This document shows positions 1-10,658 of a stretch of 64,000 bases of DNA, piece after piece. Source of the stretch: Podarcis melisellensis (lineage: Eukaryota); assembly GCA_964234715.1 (NCBI GenBank), contig OZ174292.1; one strand, 5' to 3'. The first letter of the stretch is position 1. Each line of letters opens with the position of its first letter. The position numbers and the translations under genes are program-made. The notes beneath the pieces were generated by a model. The model was not told the origin of the DNA. It saw only the letters and a program-made list of their open reading frames with translations, and made no database searches.

Positions 1-350
1 CATGCTTTGCAATGGGAGTTTTGTGTGATCCGGGGCGACCAACTCATCTCAACAGCGACGCCCCGCGGGATCCTCAGCGGCAACGCTCAGCCTCGGCCGC
101 GAGAGGGCGCCGCGCCCCAGCGCATCCTCGGCCCGTGCGCTACGTGCGGGCGGCGCGGCTGCCTTTCCGCCGGTGGCTGTTCCCGAGCAGCCGCTTCGCC
201 CGCCTTCCCGGCCCACGCTCGGGCGCGCCTCATCCGCCGCTGGGCGAGGAAGCCGCCGTTGCACGCGAGGGAAGCGCTTGCTGCTGCGGCGGCGGCGGCA
301 GAAAGGAGGGAGCATCGCCTCGCCCCTTGCCAGGCACCCTGGGGTCTCCC
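1..350. promoter_or_regulatory. CpG island, probable promoter (truncated by window edge; gene unidentified)
   Basis: Very GC- and CpG-dense stretch with a (GCG)n run, in a window that is otherwise CpG-poor outside young repeats. Confidence 0.75.
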
Positions 351-371
351 CCGCCAGTTGTGTTTGTTTTG

Positions 372-475
372 CTACAACATCTGGAGACCCATCATCCCTG
401 GCCACTGATCCTGCTAGCTAGAGATGATGGGAGCTGTAGTCCAATCTCTGGGGGCCCCAAGTTGAAAAAGGCTGG
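372..475. mobile_element. Short palindromic hAT-type MITE, partial
   Basis: cccatcatccctg...gatgatgggagctgtagtcc...gttgaaaaaggctg; same family as 14968-15108, 20621-20758 and 32376-32511. Confidence 0.65.
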
Positions 476-565
476 CTTAGCTGCATGGATGTAGCTAGGA
501 TTTTTTGGGGGGGGGGCAGGTTTTATGTGGCGGGCAGAATCGGGGTATCTGTGACACAATGGGTC

Positions 566-735
566 CAGTGGCGTAGTGTGGGTTGTCAGCACCCGGGGCA
601 AGGCAAGTAATTTGCGCCCCCTAACCCGTGGATTTGCGCCCCCTAACCCGTGGATTTGCGCCCCCTAACCCTAACCCCCAGATGTTGCGCCCGGTGCGGC
701 CGGCCCCCCCCTGCACCCTCCACACTACGCCACTG
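566..735. mobile_element. hAT-type MITE with internal tandem units and CCCTAA hexamers
   Basis: TIR CAGTGGCGTAG/CTACGCCACTG; perfect 8-bp TSD AATGGGTC (558-565, 736-743). Confidence 0.9.
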
Positions 736-766
736 AATGGGTCAGTTAGTTAAGTATTTTTATTTA

Positions 767-992
767 CAGTGGTACCTCTGGTTAAGAACTTCATTCGTTC
801 CAGAGGTCCGTTCTTAACCTGAAACTGTTCTTAACCTGAGCTACCACTTTAGCTAAGGGGGCCTTCTGTTGCTGCTGCGCTGCCGCCGTGGGATTTCTGT
901 TCTCGTCCTGAAGCAAAGTTCATAACCCGAGGTACTATTTCTGAGTTAGCAGAGTCTGTAACCTGAAGCATCTGTAACCTGAGGTACCACTG
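767..992. mobile_element. Tc1/mariner (Tigger/pogo-like) MITE, family A
   Basis: TIR CAGTGGTACCTC/GAGGTACCACTG with TA TSD; copies at 3396, 30130 and 61224. Confidence 0.9.
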
Positions 993-2145
993 TACTTGAT
1001 TTGAGGGGAACGGCTGCCCCCTTTCCCGCTTACTCTGCAGAATCTTTTAAAAAATGTTTTAACCTATTTTTTAAAGGAATATCAACAGTTCCGATATGGA
1101 ACTGCCATATGCCTGGGTTTTCCTGGGCATTTGGACGCTTTGCAATAATTCCGCCCGGACTCCATTTTTGATGGACGAATCCTGGCTATTTCTGGGAAGT
1201 TCCGGGTCTATGGCAGCCCTAGGCTACGCCCATGCCTACCTGGGGTGGGGTTGATGGGCAGTATTGGAGCCCCTGCCCTGTCAGGCTGGCAGTATGAGAC
1301 TGGCACCAACAGGCCCCCTCCTCTCTTGCCCTGGCGGCCCCCTGGCTGACCCTGGGCCTGGCTCTCTGGACCTTCAACAGGAGGACACTTTGCATTGCTC
1401 TTTTCGATCCCAGGCTTCCCCCCTCAAACACTTCTGCTTGGGCCTTGACTCATTTCCTTTGTGTGCTCGCTTGCTCCTATTTTGGAAAGTTCCTGGGAAC
1501 TGGGGTGCCTTCGAGCTGCTGGTTAACAGTCCTGTGCAGTCCTAAGCCCCCATTTCCTTTTTTTTAAACTTGCAACATATCCTTGCCACAGAGGAAGTAT
1601 GGGTGGCTTGTGGGTGCTGCTTAGACCTTGCCAGCTGCCCACCACCCGCCTTTCCAACCCTGTGGTTGCATTGCAAACATGGCGTTGGAGCACAAAATGC
1701 CCGGAAGGGAAGTTTGGGGGGGGGCAGGGGAGGTGGCAGGTGGCTGAATAAGAAGGATTAAGCACCTTCTCCTCTCCAGAAGGCCTAAGAGCCTCTAAGG
1801 GTAGCTGGGCTGGGAGAACCAGGGCTGGGTGCAACCGACAAGTGTCTCTGCTTAACTTCTAAAATAAGAGGTTGAGGTCAGTGTTTAGACCTCTCTGAAC
1901 ATCATACTCTTCCCCCAGTCCATCTCCCCAGCAATTGGGGGGGGGTGAGGACTACAGTTCTAGATTGTGGGTGGGATAGAGAATTCATGGCACCTTGTTC
2001 AAACTGCAACCACAAGCATTCTTTGGGGAAAGTTAAAGTGGTATAAACATCAGGTTAAATGTTCCTGGTAGGTATGTTCTTAGCAAATAAAAGAGCAGGC
2101 CTAATTTGCTCTGATAACTTGATCTTCTTTATTGACCCAAAGAGG

Positions 2146-2782
2146 AATAGAATCACAGAATTGTGGAGTTGGAAAGGACTTAGATGGACATGTAGTCCAA
2201 CCCCCTGCAATGCAGAAAACTCAAGCATGGACACGCGTCCCAACCTCTCCTTAAAAGCCTCCAAGGTAGGAGAGCCCACCACCTCCCGAGAGAGTCTGTT
2301 CCCCTGTCTTACTGTCAGAAAGTTATTCCTGATGTTTAGTCAAAACTTCTTTTCTTGTAACTTGAAGCCATTGGTTCGAGTCTTACCCTCCGGAGCAGGA
2401 GATAACAAGCTTCATCTTCCATGGGACAGCCCCTAAGATATTTGAAGATGGCTGCCATATCTCCATTCAGTCTCCTCTTCTCCAGGCTAAACATACCCAG
2501 CTCCCTCAACCATTCCTCATAAGGCTTGATTTCCAGACTCCTGATCATCTTGGTCTCCTTCCTTGGCACACATTCTGGCTTGTCAATATCCTTTTTAAAC
2601 TGTGGTGCCCAGAACTGGACACCATATTTCAGGTGTGGTCTGACCAAGGTCGAATACAGTGGAACTCTGACTACCCTAGATTTCTGTTGATGCAGCCTAG
2701 AATAGCATTAGGGTTTTTTTGCTGCTGCATCACACTGCTGACTTGTGTTAAGCTTGTGATCTACTAAGACCCCTAGATCCCT
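2146..2782 (-). mobile_element. CR1 LINE 3' fragment
   Basis: ORF 2336-2647 (VRPHLKYGVQFWAPQFKKD...LRELGMFSLEKRRL.GD) is the typical CR1 ORF2 C-terminus; CR1-like (ATTCT) tail near 2146-2162. Confidence 0.9.
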
Positions 2783-3395
2783 TAGAACCCTGGAGAGATG
2801 CTGCCAGTCAGTGTAGACAGCACTGAACTAGATAGACCAAAGTTCCTCCTATGTTCCTATAGTATGTTGCATTTGGGTGGGGCTCAAATCAGCCACAGAG
2901 GTACTTTGCTATTCTACATCCTCCTAGGGTTAGTGTGAGAATAAAATAGGCTAGCCCTACTTGGGGGACCTTGGAGGAAGATTGGGATATTGCTGTGATT
3001 AATAAATAAGATGCTGACATATATTTATTCCAGGGCATGGAGTACTGTCTCCAAGGATAACATGAAACCTTGAAAGACTCCCTTTTCTCCACCAGGGCTG
3101 TCATTTGGCTCCCAACAAAATGAGCCTCCAGCCACCAGGAGATATAAATAGCAGTTGCTTCAGAGTAATGTCTCTCATCTGGCTGTGGTGATGACTCTGT
3201 ATTTTAGTTGCTCCGATCAAGGGAGGGAGAATTGCTGAGCTGTAAAAGGGGTGGGGGTATTTGCAGTGCCACTCTCCCTCTGGGTTTTGTCCTAGAGCTT
3301 GGCTGTTTTGACTGCTAGGTTGGAGGAGAAATTCTTTTACGTTAGAATTTTAATAAGAAATTACCAAATTCACACACCAATGAGAAAATAGTATA

Positions 3396-3620
3396 CAGTG
3401 TTACTTCAGGTTAAGAACTTAATTCGTTCTGGAGGTCCGTTCTTAACCTGAAACTGTTCTTAACCTGAGGTACCACTTTAGCTAATGGGGCCTCCCACTG
3501 CCACTGTGCCACCGCTGCACAATTTCTGTTCTCATCCTGAAGCAAAGTTCTTAACCCGAGGTACTATTTCTGGGTAGCAAAGTCTGTAACCTGAAGCGTC
3601 TGTAACCCGAGGTACCACTG
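3396..3620. mobile_element. Tc1/mariner MITE, family A
   Basis: Close homolog of 767-992; TA flanks. Confidence 0.9.
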
Positions 3621-4183
3621 TACAAAAAAGCCTATCAGGGAAATTGGTTCTAAGTGTATATATTAGTCAAAAATGCTAGCGGATTTTCATGATTAAAACA
3701 AATGGCACATTGCTGCGGAAATGTGAAGACCTGTAAAAATGAGAAACTCGGAGAACTGAAATGGTCAGGGTTGTCTTTCCTTAGCTATGGGCTCAGCTCT
3801 GCTTAGCCCTGGAGTATGTGAAGAGAGTGCCTCCGAGCATGTGCAGACTGCCGGGCCTCCCCCTCCAAAACAAAAACCGGCCCCTGCAATCTCTGGGGTT
3901 GTTGGTGGCCTTGAGTCCAGGCTGCACTCGCTACTGGCCTCTTGACTCTGCAGAAATTTCTTTGCTGGGTTTAGATAAGACCCAGCCAGGCCAGGGGACC
4001 CAGATCCCTGCTGCCTTGCCCCGATCTCCAGGCTGCATTGGTAAAAGGCCCTTTCCCTGCCCCCTGCCTGTCTTTCTGCCCCCCCCCCCCGCCCAGACTG
4101 CAGCTCAACCCGCTCAGCATGGGTGTGCAGTGGGGGTGGAAAAGGAAGGATCTGCTTCCAGGATAGCTCCATTTCCTCCAGGC

Positions 4184-4437
4184 CTATTTATAGTGGAGCA
4201 TACATCAAAAAGCTCTGGACAGACAAGGACTTCCTGACGGGGTTGTTTCAACTGCCGGGCGCCCTCACGTCACCCCCTTGCCTGCCCCCTCCCACTCCAT
4301 GCACTTACAACTGCTAAATAGAGCTCGCTGGGCCAGAGGGAGCTTGCCCTCTCTCCACACAGCAGCAGTGTCTACACAGGGACGCAAGGTCCTCCAGGAA
4401 TGGCCTGTCCTCCCAGAGATGGGCTAGAGGCAGATAA
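4184..4437. promoter_or_regulatory. Candidate muscle/immediate-early regulatory module
   Basis: MEF2 CTATTTATAG 4184-4193; CRE-like TCACGTCA 4265-4272; TAAATAG 4315-4321; TEAD/M-CAT AGGAATG 4396-4402; GATA AGATAA 4432-4437; non-repetitive context. Confidence 0.4.
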
Positions 4438-4614
4438 GCCCCGCAACTCTTACCCTGACCTCATGGATTTGCATGCAGTGTGGCTCCCATGGGGAAATCT
4501 CCTGGCGGAGAATATCCCACGTTAATTATTGTTGGGAGTAGGGCATGAATTCTCCTGCATCCTCCTCCTGCATGAAGATATAATGAGCTGGCCTTAACTT
4601 GAGGGTCTTGGCGT

Positions 4615-4873
4615 AGGGTTGCCACACGGCCAGAATTCCCTGGACAATGCCGGAATATGGCAGTCAGAAACAGTGTCTGGGCAGAAATTGCTGAAATGTC
4701 CCAAAGTCTAGATTTTGGTGAATAGCTAAAATAGCTCAAAAAGTTTGGACAAAACTAAAACAAAAGCTCAGCACCTTTGCTACTCCCCCCCCAAATGCTG
4801 AACAACTTTGGCCAATAAAAGCTCAACAACTATTTTCATTTTTTGAAACCCTAGTCAATCCTATGGCAACCCT
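4615..4873. mobile_element. Old TIR element (AGGGTTGCCA...TGGCAACCCT family)
   Basis: Terminal inverted repeats; related ends at ~1104-1220, ~25915 and ~29820. Confidence 0.5.
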
Positions 4874-5386
4874 AGTCTTGGGTGGACCTTGCCAAGCCTG
4901 AAGCAGCCCTCCCTCAAAGAGACCCTAATTGCCCCCCTCCCAACTTCCTCTCTGAACCTGATGAGCTTATTTGTGATAGGTGCCTATGTGTCCTTGGTGT
5001 GTTCCCTCGTCCCTCTCTGGGCAAACAGGCGCTGCAGGTTTTTGTAGTGTGCTTCCAAAACCTGGGGGAAAACCCAACTATTTGCCCAGAGAAAACAGTG
5101 AGAGAAAGAAATGTGTGTGACCACCACACAGGCATGATGGAGCTATCACACAACTTCATCTCGCCTTAAAAAGATGTCTACTGCAACTCTGTAATTGTTC
5201 TGTGAGGAAATGGAGCATGCTTATGAAGTGCAAGAAAGTACAGGAAAATACAAACCTATAAATACTCCTTGGGACATTGTTAGTTACTCAAGCGTGTGTG
5301 TGCGCATAAACACACACATTCCATTTAGATGAACATGTAGTTCACCCTTATTATTGTTTTCTCATTCTGTTATATTATTACCTATA

Positions 5387-5744
5387 AAAGGTAAAGGTAA
5401 AGGGACCCCTGACCATTAGGTCCAGTCGTGGCCGACTCTGGGGTTGCGGCGCTCATCTCACTTTATTGGCCGAGGGAGCCGGCATACAGCTTCCAGGTCA
5501 TGTGGCCAGCATGACTAAGCCACTTCTGGCAAACAAGAGCAGCGCACGGAAATGCTGTTTACCTTCCCGCTGGAGTGGTACATATTTATCTACTTGCACT
5601 TTTGGCGTGCTTTTGAACTGCTAGGTTGGCAGGAGCAGGGACTGAGCAACAGGAGCTCACCCCGTCGCGGGGATTCGAACCGCCGACCTTCTGATCGGCA
5701 AGTCCTAGGCTCTGTGGTTTAACCCACAGCACCACCCGCGTCCC
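5387..5744 (-). mobile_element. Sauria SINE, full length
   Basis: tRNA-derived head (GGGACGCGGGTGG...GGTTCGAATCCC) and (ACCTTT)n tail; TSD TATTATTACCTATA (5373-5386, 5746-5759). Confidence 0.93.
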
Positions 5745-6670
5745 TTATTATTACCTATACTTCTCCCTTAATTTTTATTTGTATTTTGATTTTTACTGGA
5801 TCTCTATTGACAGTATTAAATAAAATTACTTTTGGGGAGGGAGGAATTTGTCGTCTGTTTCCAGCTTTGGATTGGCATGAGAACTCCAGCTGAATACATA
5901 TATTTGAGAGGATATGTCTGGGTAAATGAAACGGTGGGGACTTGGTGGGCCGTCAGCTCTGCTAGTGGCTGACTTGAGCTCTCAAATTTCAGCGACGCTA
6001 ATATTCGGCACCCCTGCCTCTTGTGCTCTGTTCTACATCACTGTTGTGGCAACCCGTGTGGTGTGGTGCCCAGTGTGGCCGAACCAGTCGTTGGGCCCTG
6101 CAGCCACCTCTAGCCCTGCTACGAGGCAGCTCCTGCAGATGGTGAATTTGGAGCAAAATGAAGGGAGGCGGTTGATCAGCTCAAGGGGGACACAGCCTGG
6201 CGGTGGTTGCAGTAGCATTTGCATGGGAGAACTTGCTGGTCGGTTGTGCTGGGTCTTCAGGTGCCAAAATGTCTTGGGTTGACCTCGAGGACTTTGGACA
6301 GTTCTTGCCTTGGGCATTTTCACACCTGAAGCAAAAAGTCCATCCGTGGTGAGGAGAAGAGGGTGACATGGATGCTGGGCAACCAATCCCATCTCCTGCA
6401 AACCTGATGTTAGCACATCGGATTTGAATGAATTCTCTTGGGAGCGAAGGGGCAGCATGTGAGAATGCTAGTGACAGAGACTGAAGTAAACCGCAACATT
6501 TTGTTGGCAGGTTCCAGGGCAAATCGTCCCCCAACTCCCTGCACCCTTGGTTTTCATTTGCATCATCCAGAAAGGGGGACCTGCTCAGCTGTCTCTGCAG
6601 TGTGGATCAATACTCAGTCCCCCAAAAGGCTGCTCATCGGCTACTGGGCCAGGTTCAAGGCTCTTGTATA

Positions 6671-7020
6671 AAGCTAAAGGGACCCCTGACCATTAGGTCC
6701 AGTCGTGGCCGACTCTGGGGTTGTGGCGCTCATCTCGCTATATTGGCCGAGGGAGCCGGCGTACAGCTTCCGGGTCATGTGGCCAGCATGACTAAGCCGC
6801 TTCTGGCAAACCAGAGCAGCGCACGGAAACGCCGTTTACCTTCCCACCAGAGTGGTACCTATTTATTTACTTGCACTTTGAGGTGCTTTCGAACTGCTAG
6901 GTTGGCAGGAGCTGGGACCAATCAATGGGAGCTCACCCAGTCAAGGGGATTCGAATCGCCGACCTTCTGATCGGCAAGCCCTGGGCTCTGTGGTTTAACC
7001 CACAGCACCACCCGCATCCC
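6671..7020 (-). mobile_element. Sauria SINE, full length, inserted in an old L2-like fragment
   Basis: Same structure as 5387-5744; TSD AAGGCTCTTGTATA (6657-6670, 7022-7035). Confidence 0.93.
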
Positions 7021-7635
7021 TAAGGCTCTTGTATACAGATCCCCAAACAACTTGGATCCAAGATAACTTGGGGACCCCCATAGCCCTTATACCCCAGCTC
7101 CATCAGTGAGATCACCAGCTGTTCCCCATGCTACAAAGGCCTCAGACAGAAGTTGGGCACGTAGTGCCAGCACACGCCTGCTGTGGAACACTCAGTTGAG
7201 AAACAACAGGCACCCTTACCTTTGATATTCAGGTGCCTCTTTGAAGACTTTTGTATGTATAGGCCTACGTTGCTGCTTAATTTTTTATTAGCTAGTCATT
7301 TAATGATTTTTTTAAAAAGGTGCTTTACTGCATATATTGTTTACCCCACCATGTTATATTGTATGAATTGGCGCTGTATGAATGCTTCTGTAAATAAAAG
7401 AAACAAAGGGATTCGATCGGCTGGGACAGTAAAGGTGCCTGGCAGCTGGTTCCCAGGAGTCATTCACAGAATGTGTCCTTTGTCTCAGTGGACAGGATGC
7501 ACTCCCTCTCCATAACAGGTGCTGCTGAGCAGCCACCAAGGATCACCAAGTCCCCTGTCCCCAACCCCTGCGCCCTGTGCTACAACCAGGTGTACTTGGA
7601 CCCCACCCCTTCTGTGTTTCACCTCCCCTGCTACC

Positions 7636-7823
7636 CCAGCTGCCCTCCCCTGTTGCGCCTTGGTACACTCCAGCATTAACATTCCAGCTGTACCATCTTA
7701 CACCTACTGGCAGGGGTGTGCGGTGAGGGGCTCCCTCACCAGCTGCCCTTCCCCGTTGCGCCTTGGTACACTCCAGCATTAACATTCCAGCTCCACCATC
7801 TTACACCTACAGGCAGGGGTGTG
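7636..7823. repeat. Local tandem duplication, ~103-bp period
   Basis: CCAGCTGCCCT...GTTGCGCCTTGGTACACTCCAGCATTAACATTCCAGCT...CCATCTTACACCTAC.GGCAGGGGTGTG present twice. Confidence 0.85.
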
Positions 7824-8137
7824 TGGAGAGGGGCCTCTTGGGCTCAGCCCTGGCATGACTCAGAGTGGGTGGGATCCCCAGCGCCACTCCTCTCCTCTAA
7901 TCCCTTAATTGCTCACGAAGCCTGGACTTGCTGGCAGAGTGCATGATGGGGTGGCTGCGTTGGGGAGAGTGGGAAGGTTCACTCTGTGCCCTGCCTGGGC
8001 AGATGGCTTCAGGTGTTCACAACACGAGGGAGAATGCTGCAGTGGGGTTCGGGGAGGGGAGGGGAGGCCATCCACCCTACTGAAGGCAGTAAGAATAAAG
8101 AGCAGGACACCACACTTATAATCCAGTAAGTGTGGAT

Positions 8138-8587
8138 TATATTTCAACCTGTGTGCCGTGGCACCCTGGGGTACCTTGAATGATGATCAGAGGTGCCGTG
8201 GGCAACACTGGCCTCTGTCCCTCTTTCTTTCCTTCCCTCCCACCCCTGATTTTGTCTGGCATCTCTGCCTCCCAAAGGCTTGCACAGCTGTTCATTGCAG
8301 CAGCCCTGACTATCTGCAGGCGAATGGTGCCTCTGGGAAGCATCCCTCTTTGGGGTGGGGGAAGTTCAGAGACCAGGGATGGCAGCGGCAGCTTCCCGGA
8401 GGACTCCCAGAGAGAGGAGAGGAGACTGAAGGAACCCTCCACAAGGGAGGGTGTTCGAAAAAGGGTGAGAGGCTGCCAGCTATGCAGGCAAGGGGTGACA
8501 GAACTGGGCTCCTGAGCCCCACAGGTGTGCCGCAGAAAGAATGGTTGGTCAAGGGAGCTGTGGACTCAAAAAGGTTGAAAATCTCTG
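8138..8587. mobile_element. Non-autonomous hAT-like element (inverted homolog of 18789-19373)
   Basis: Extended reverse-complement similarity to 18789-19373; hAT-like terminus GGTTGAAAATCTCTG. Confidence 0.7.
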
Positions 8588-8985
8588 CTTCCGTTCTATT
8601 CAACAGGCGGAAATCCAAGCAAGGAGCCGACAACCGTTTAACAGCAACTGTTTATTTACATGTGGGGTGATGCAAGGCCAGCCCCCAAAGATGGTTCAGA
8701 TGCTCTCACAGAGTGATGCGGAGGAACAGTGAAGTTGTATGAGCTCTGGTGGGGAAGGTGAGAAGATTTTGGCTGGGCACTCCTGGCATCCAGCAGAGGC
8801 AGCTGTTTTCCTGGGAGGGGGGGCCTGCCAGTCTCAGTGTCCTCCGTGGCACACGTGCAGCTCAGGCTGTGCCCCTTCCCAGTGTTGTTGGAGGTGATGA
8901 CAATCCAGCTGTGACCATTGCCTGCGTCCTCGGAGGTGTGGGGTTCCCCAGCCAGCAGCTGAATCTTTGCAAGGTCTGGGCAAGA

Positions 8986-9059
8986 CTCCTGTTCCTGCTG
9001 AACTGAGCCAGTTTATCTAAAGCAACTGAGTATCAGCTCAGTAGGCACGGGAGGCAGAG
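8986..9059 (-). ncRNA. MIR24-2: pre-miR-24-2 hairpin (3p mature 8989-9010; 5p arm 9025-9048)
   Basis: Reverse complement of 8989-9010 is TGGCTCAGTTCAGCAGGAACAG, identical to miR-24-3p. 5p arm GTGCCTACTGAGCTGATACTCAGT; 5' flank CTCTGCCTCCCG as in mir-24-2; clustered with miR-23a/27a. Confidence 0.97.
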
Positions 9060-9338
9060 CCCCATGGAGGAAGCTGGGGTCTCCACGCCTCTCCTCTGCC
9101 TGCCCCCACCCCACCAACCCTCTCCAGCTCTATCTCAACCCCCACCCACCCTGCATTTTCTGTCCCCTATCAGGGTCTTCCATGGTGCCATTAAGGCAGG
9201 ATTTGGGGGCAGATGTCCAGGGCCCCACTGAGAAAGAGCGGGGGGGGGGGGCAGGGGAGAGACAGGACCAAACACAGGAGGGACTGCTTCTCACATACTC
9301 AATTGCTCAGGACAAATAAGGAGGGCTGGGGGTCTCTA

Positions 9339-9575
9339 CAGTGGTACCTCGCAAGACGAAATTAATTCGTTCTGCGAGTTTTTTCGTCTTGGGAAGCACG
9401 GATTCCCTGGGTATTAACGGTTTTAAGAAAAAGGAAACAAACAAGCAAGACGTTTTCGTCTTGCGAAGCAAGCCCATAGGGAAATTCGTCTTGCGAAGCA
9501 ACTCAAAAAACGAAAAACTCTTTCGTCTTGTGATTTTTTCGTCTTACAAGGCATTTGTCTTGCGAGGTACCACTG
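9339..9575. mobile_element. Tc1/mariner MITE, family B, inside the pri-miRNA spacer
   Basis: TIR CAGTGGTACCTCGCAAGAC/GTCTTGCGAGGTACCACTG; TA TSD; second copy at 40050-40304. Confidence 0.9.
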
Positions 9576-9639
9576 TAATCTTATTGGGCCTGGGGGACAT
9601 GTTTGGAAATCTTAAGGAAACGTAGGCACCAGCCAAACA

Positions 9640-9891
9640 CAGTGGTACCTTGGTTCTTGAATTTAATCCTTTACGGGAGTCCGTTCGATTCCCAAAATGG
9701 TTCGAAAACCAAGGCACGGCTTCTGATTGGCTGCAGGAGCTTCCTACACTCATTCAGAAGCCAGGGAAGCCCCGTCAGACATTCAGCTTCCAAAAAAACG
9801 TTTGCAAACCGGAACACTCACTTCCGGGTTTGTGACGTCTGGGAGCCGATTTGTTCGACAACTAAGCCATTTGACTACCAAGATACCACTG
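9640..9891. mobile_element. Tc1/mariner MITE, family C, inside the pri-miRNA spacer
   Basis: TIR CAGTGGTACCTTGGT/ACCAAGATACCACTG followed by TA. Confidence 0.85.
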
Positions 9892-10354
9892 TATCCATTT
9901 AACAGAAGGAAGACTCGTGAAGTCCAGGGCCATCACCCTGATCCAAATTGGTGGAATGCCTACCCCCCCCCCGAAAAAACAAAGCAAATCAAAGCAAACC
10001 CACAAACAGGCTACCACCACAAGCCAACCCCTCCCAAAAATGTCTATTAGACATTGGGAAGGTCAGGCTCCAAGTGGGTTAAGTAAGTCCAGTAAGTCTA
10101 GAATCACCTGCTCAAGCAGGTGCAGACCATAGTACATTCCTACCCCCCAATTAAGAATTCTGAGATCTGTAGTTTACCTCTCAGAGAGCTACTATTTCTA
10201 GCACCCTCAACAAACTACAGTTCCCTGGATTCTTGGGAGTGTTTTAAAGGTAGAGTACGCAGGCTGGCTGGCTGGCTCCCCTGGCATCCCTTCTTGGCGA
10301 GGTTTTGCCGAGAGATAAAGTTGTGGCATGCGCCTGCATGTGGGGACAATGGAC

Positions 10355-10435
10355 TCCAAGTGGCGGAACTTAGCCACTGTGAACATGATGGAACCAAACA
10401 CTGTTCACAGGTGGGCTAAGCCCTACCCTTTGCAG
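10355..10435 (-). ncRNA. MIR27A: pre-miR-27a hairpin (3p mature 10363-10383; 5p arm 10402-10424)
   Basis: Reverse complement of 10363-10383 is TTCACAGTGGCTAAGTTCCGC, i.e. miR-27a-3p (CCGC end; 27b has CTGC). 5p arm AGGGCTTAGCCCACCTGTGAACA pairs with it. Confidence 0.97.
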
Positions 10436-10658
10436 TCAGGAGGTCTTTCCTGGCGAACCCCATGCCCCTCGCTGAAGCCCCCAACCCCCACTCGCACATG
10501 AGTGCATGCTCCGCCCCCCCCACTCCTCAGGTACAGCAGCCACGCATGAGGTTGGTGGTGCATTTGCCATGCTTTGGGCAGATTTCTCACCTTCCCACAA
10601 CCGCTGGTGAGCCTCTGCTGCCTCCCATCCAAGTCGGGTGTGATCTCTCTCGCTCACC

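Noticed and set aside
7-494. Overlapping 118-160 aa ORFs at the left edge
   Set aside because: Stop-poor GC-rich CpG island running into a MITE; no recognisable domain.
610-680. Short direct repeats resembling a CRISPR array or telomere
   Set aside because: No unique spacers, eukaryotic context; internal tandem units of a MITE.
5700-5744. tRNA-like A/B boxes in SINE heads (also 15444, 42236)
   Set aside because: These are the tRNA-derived 5' regions of Sauria SINEs, not tRNA genes.
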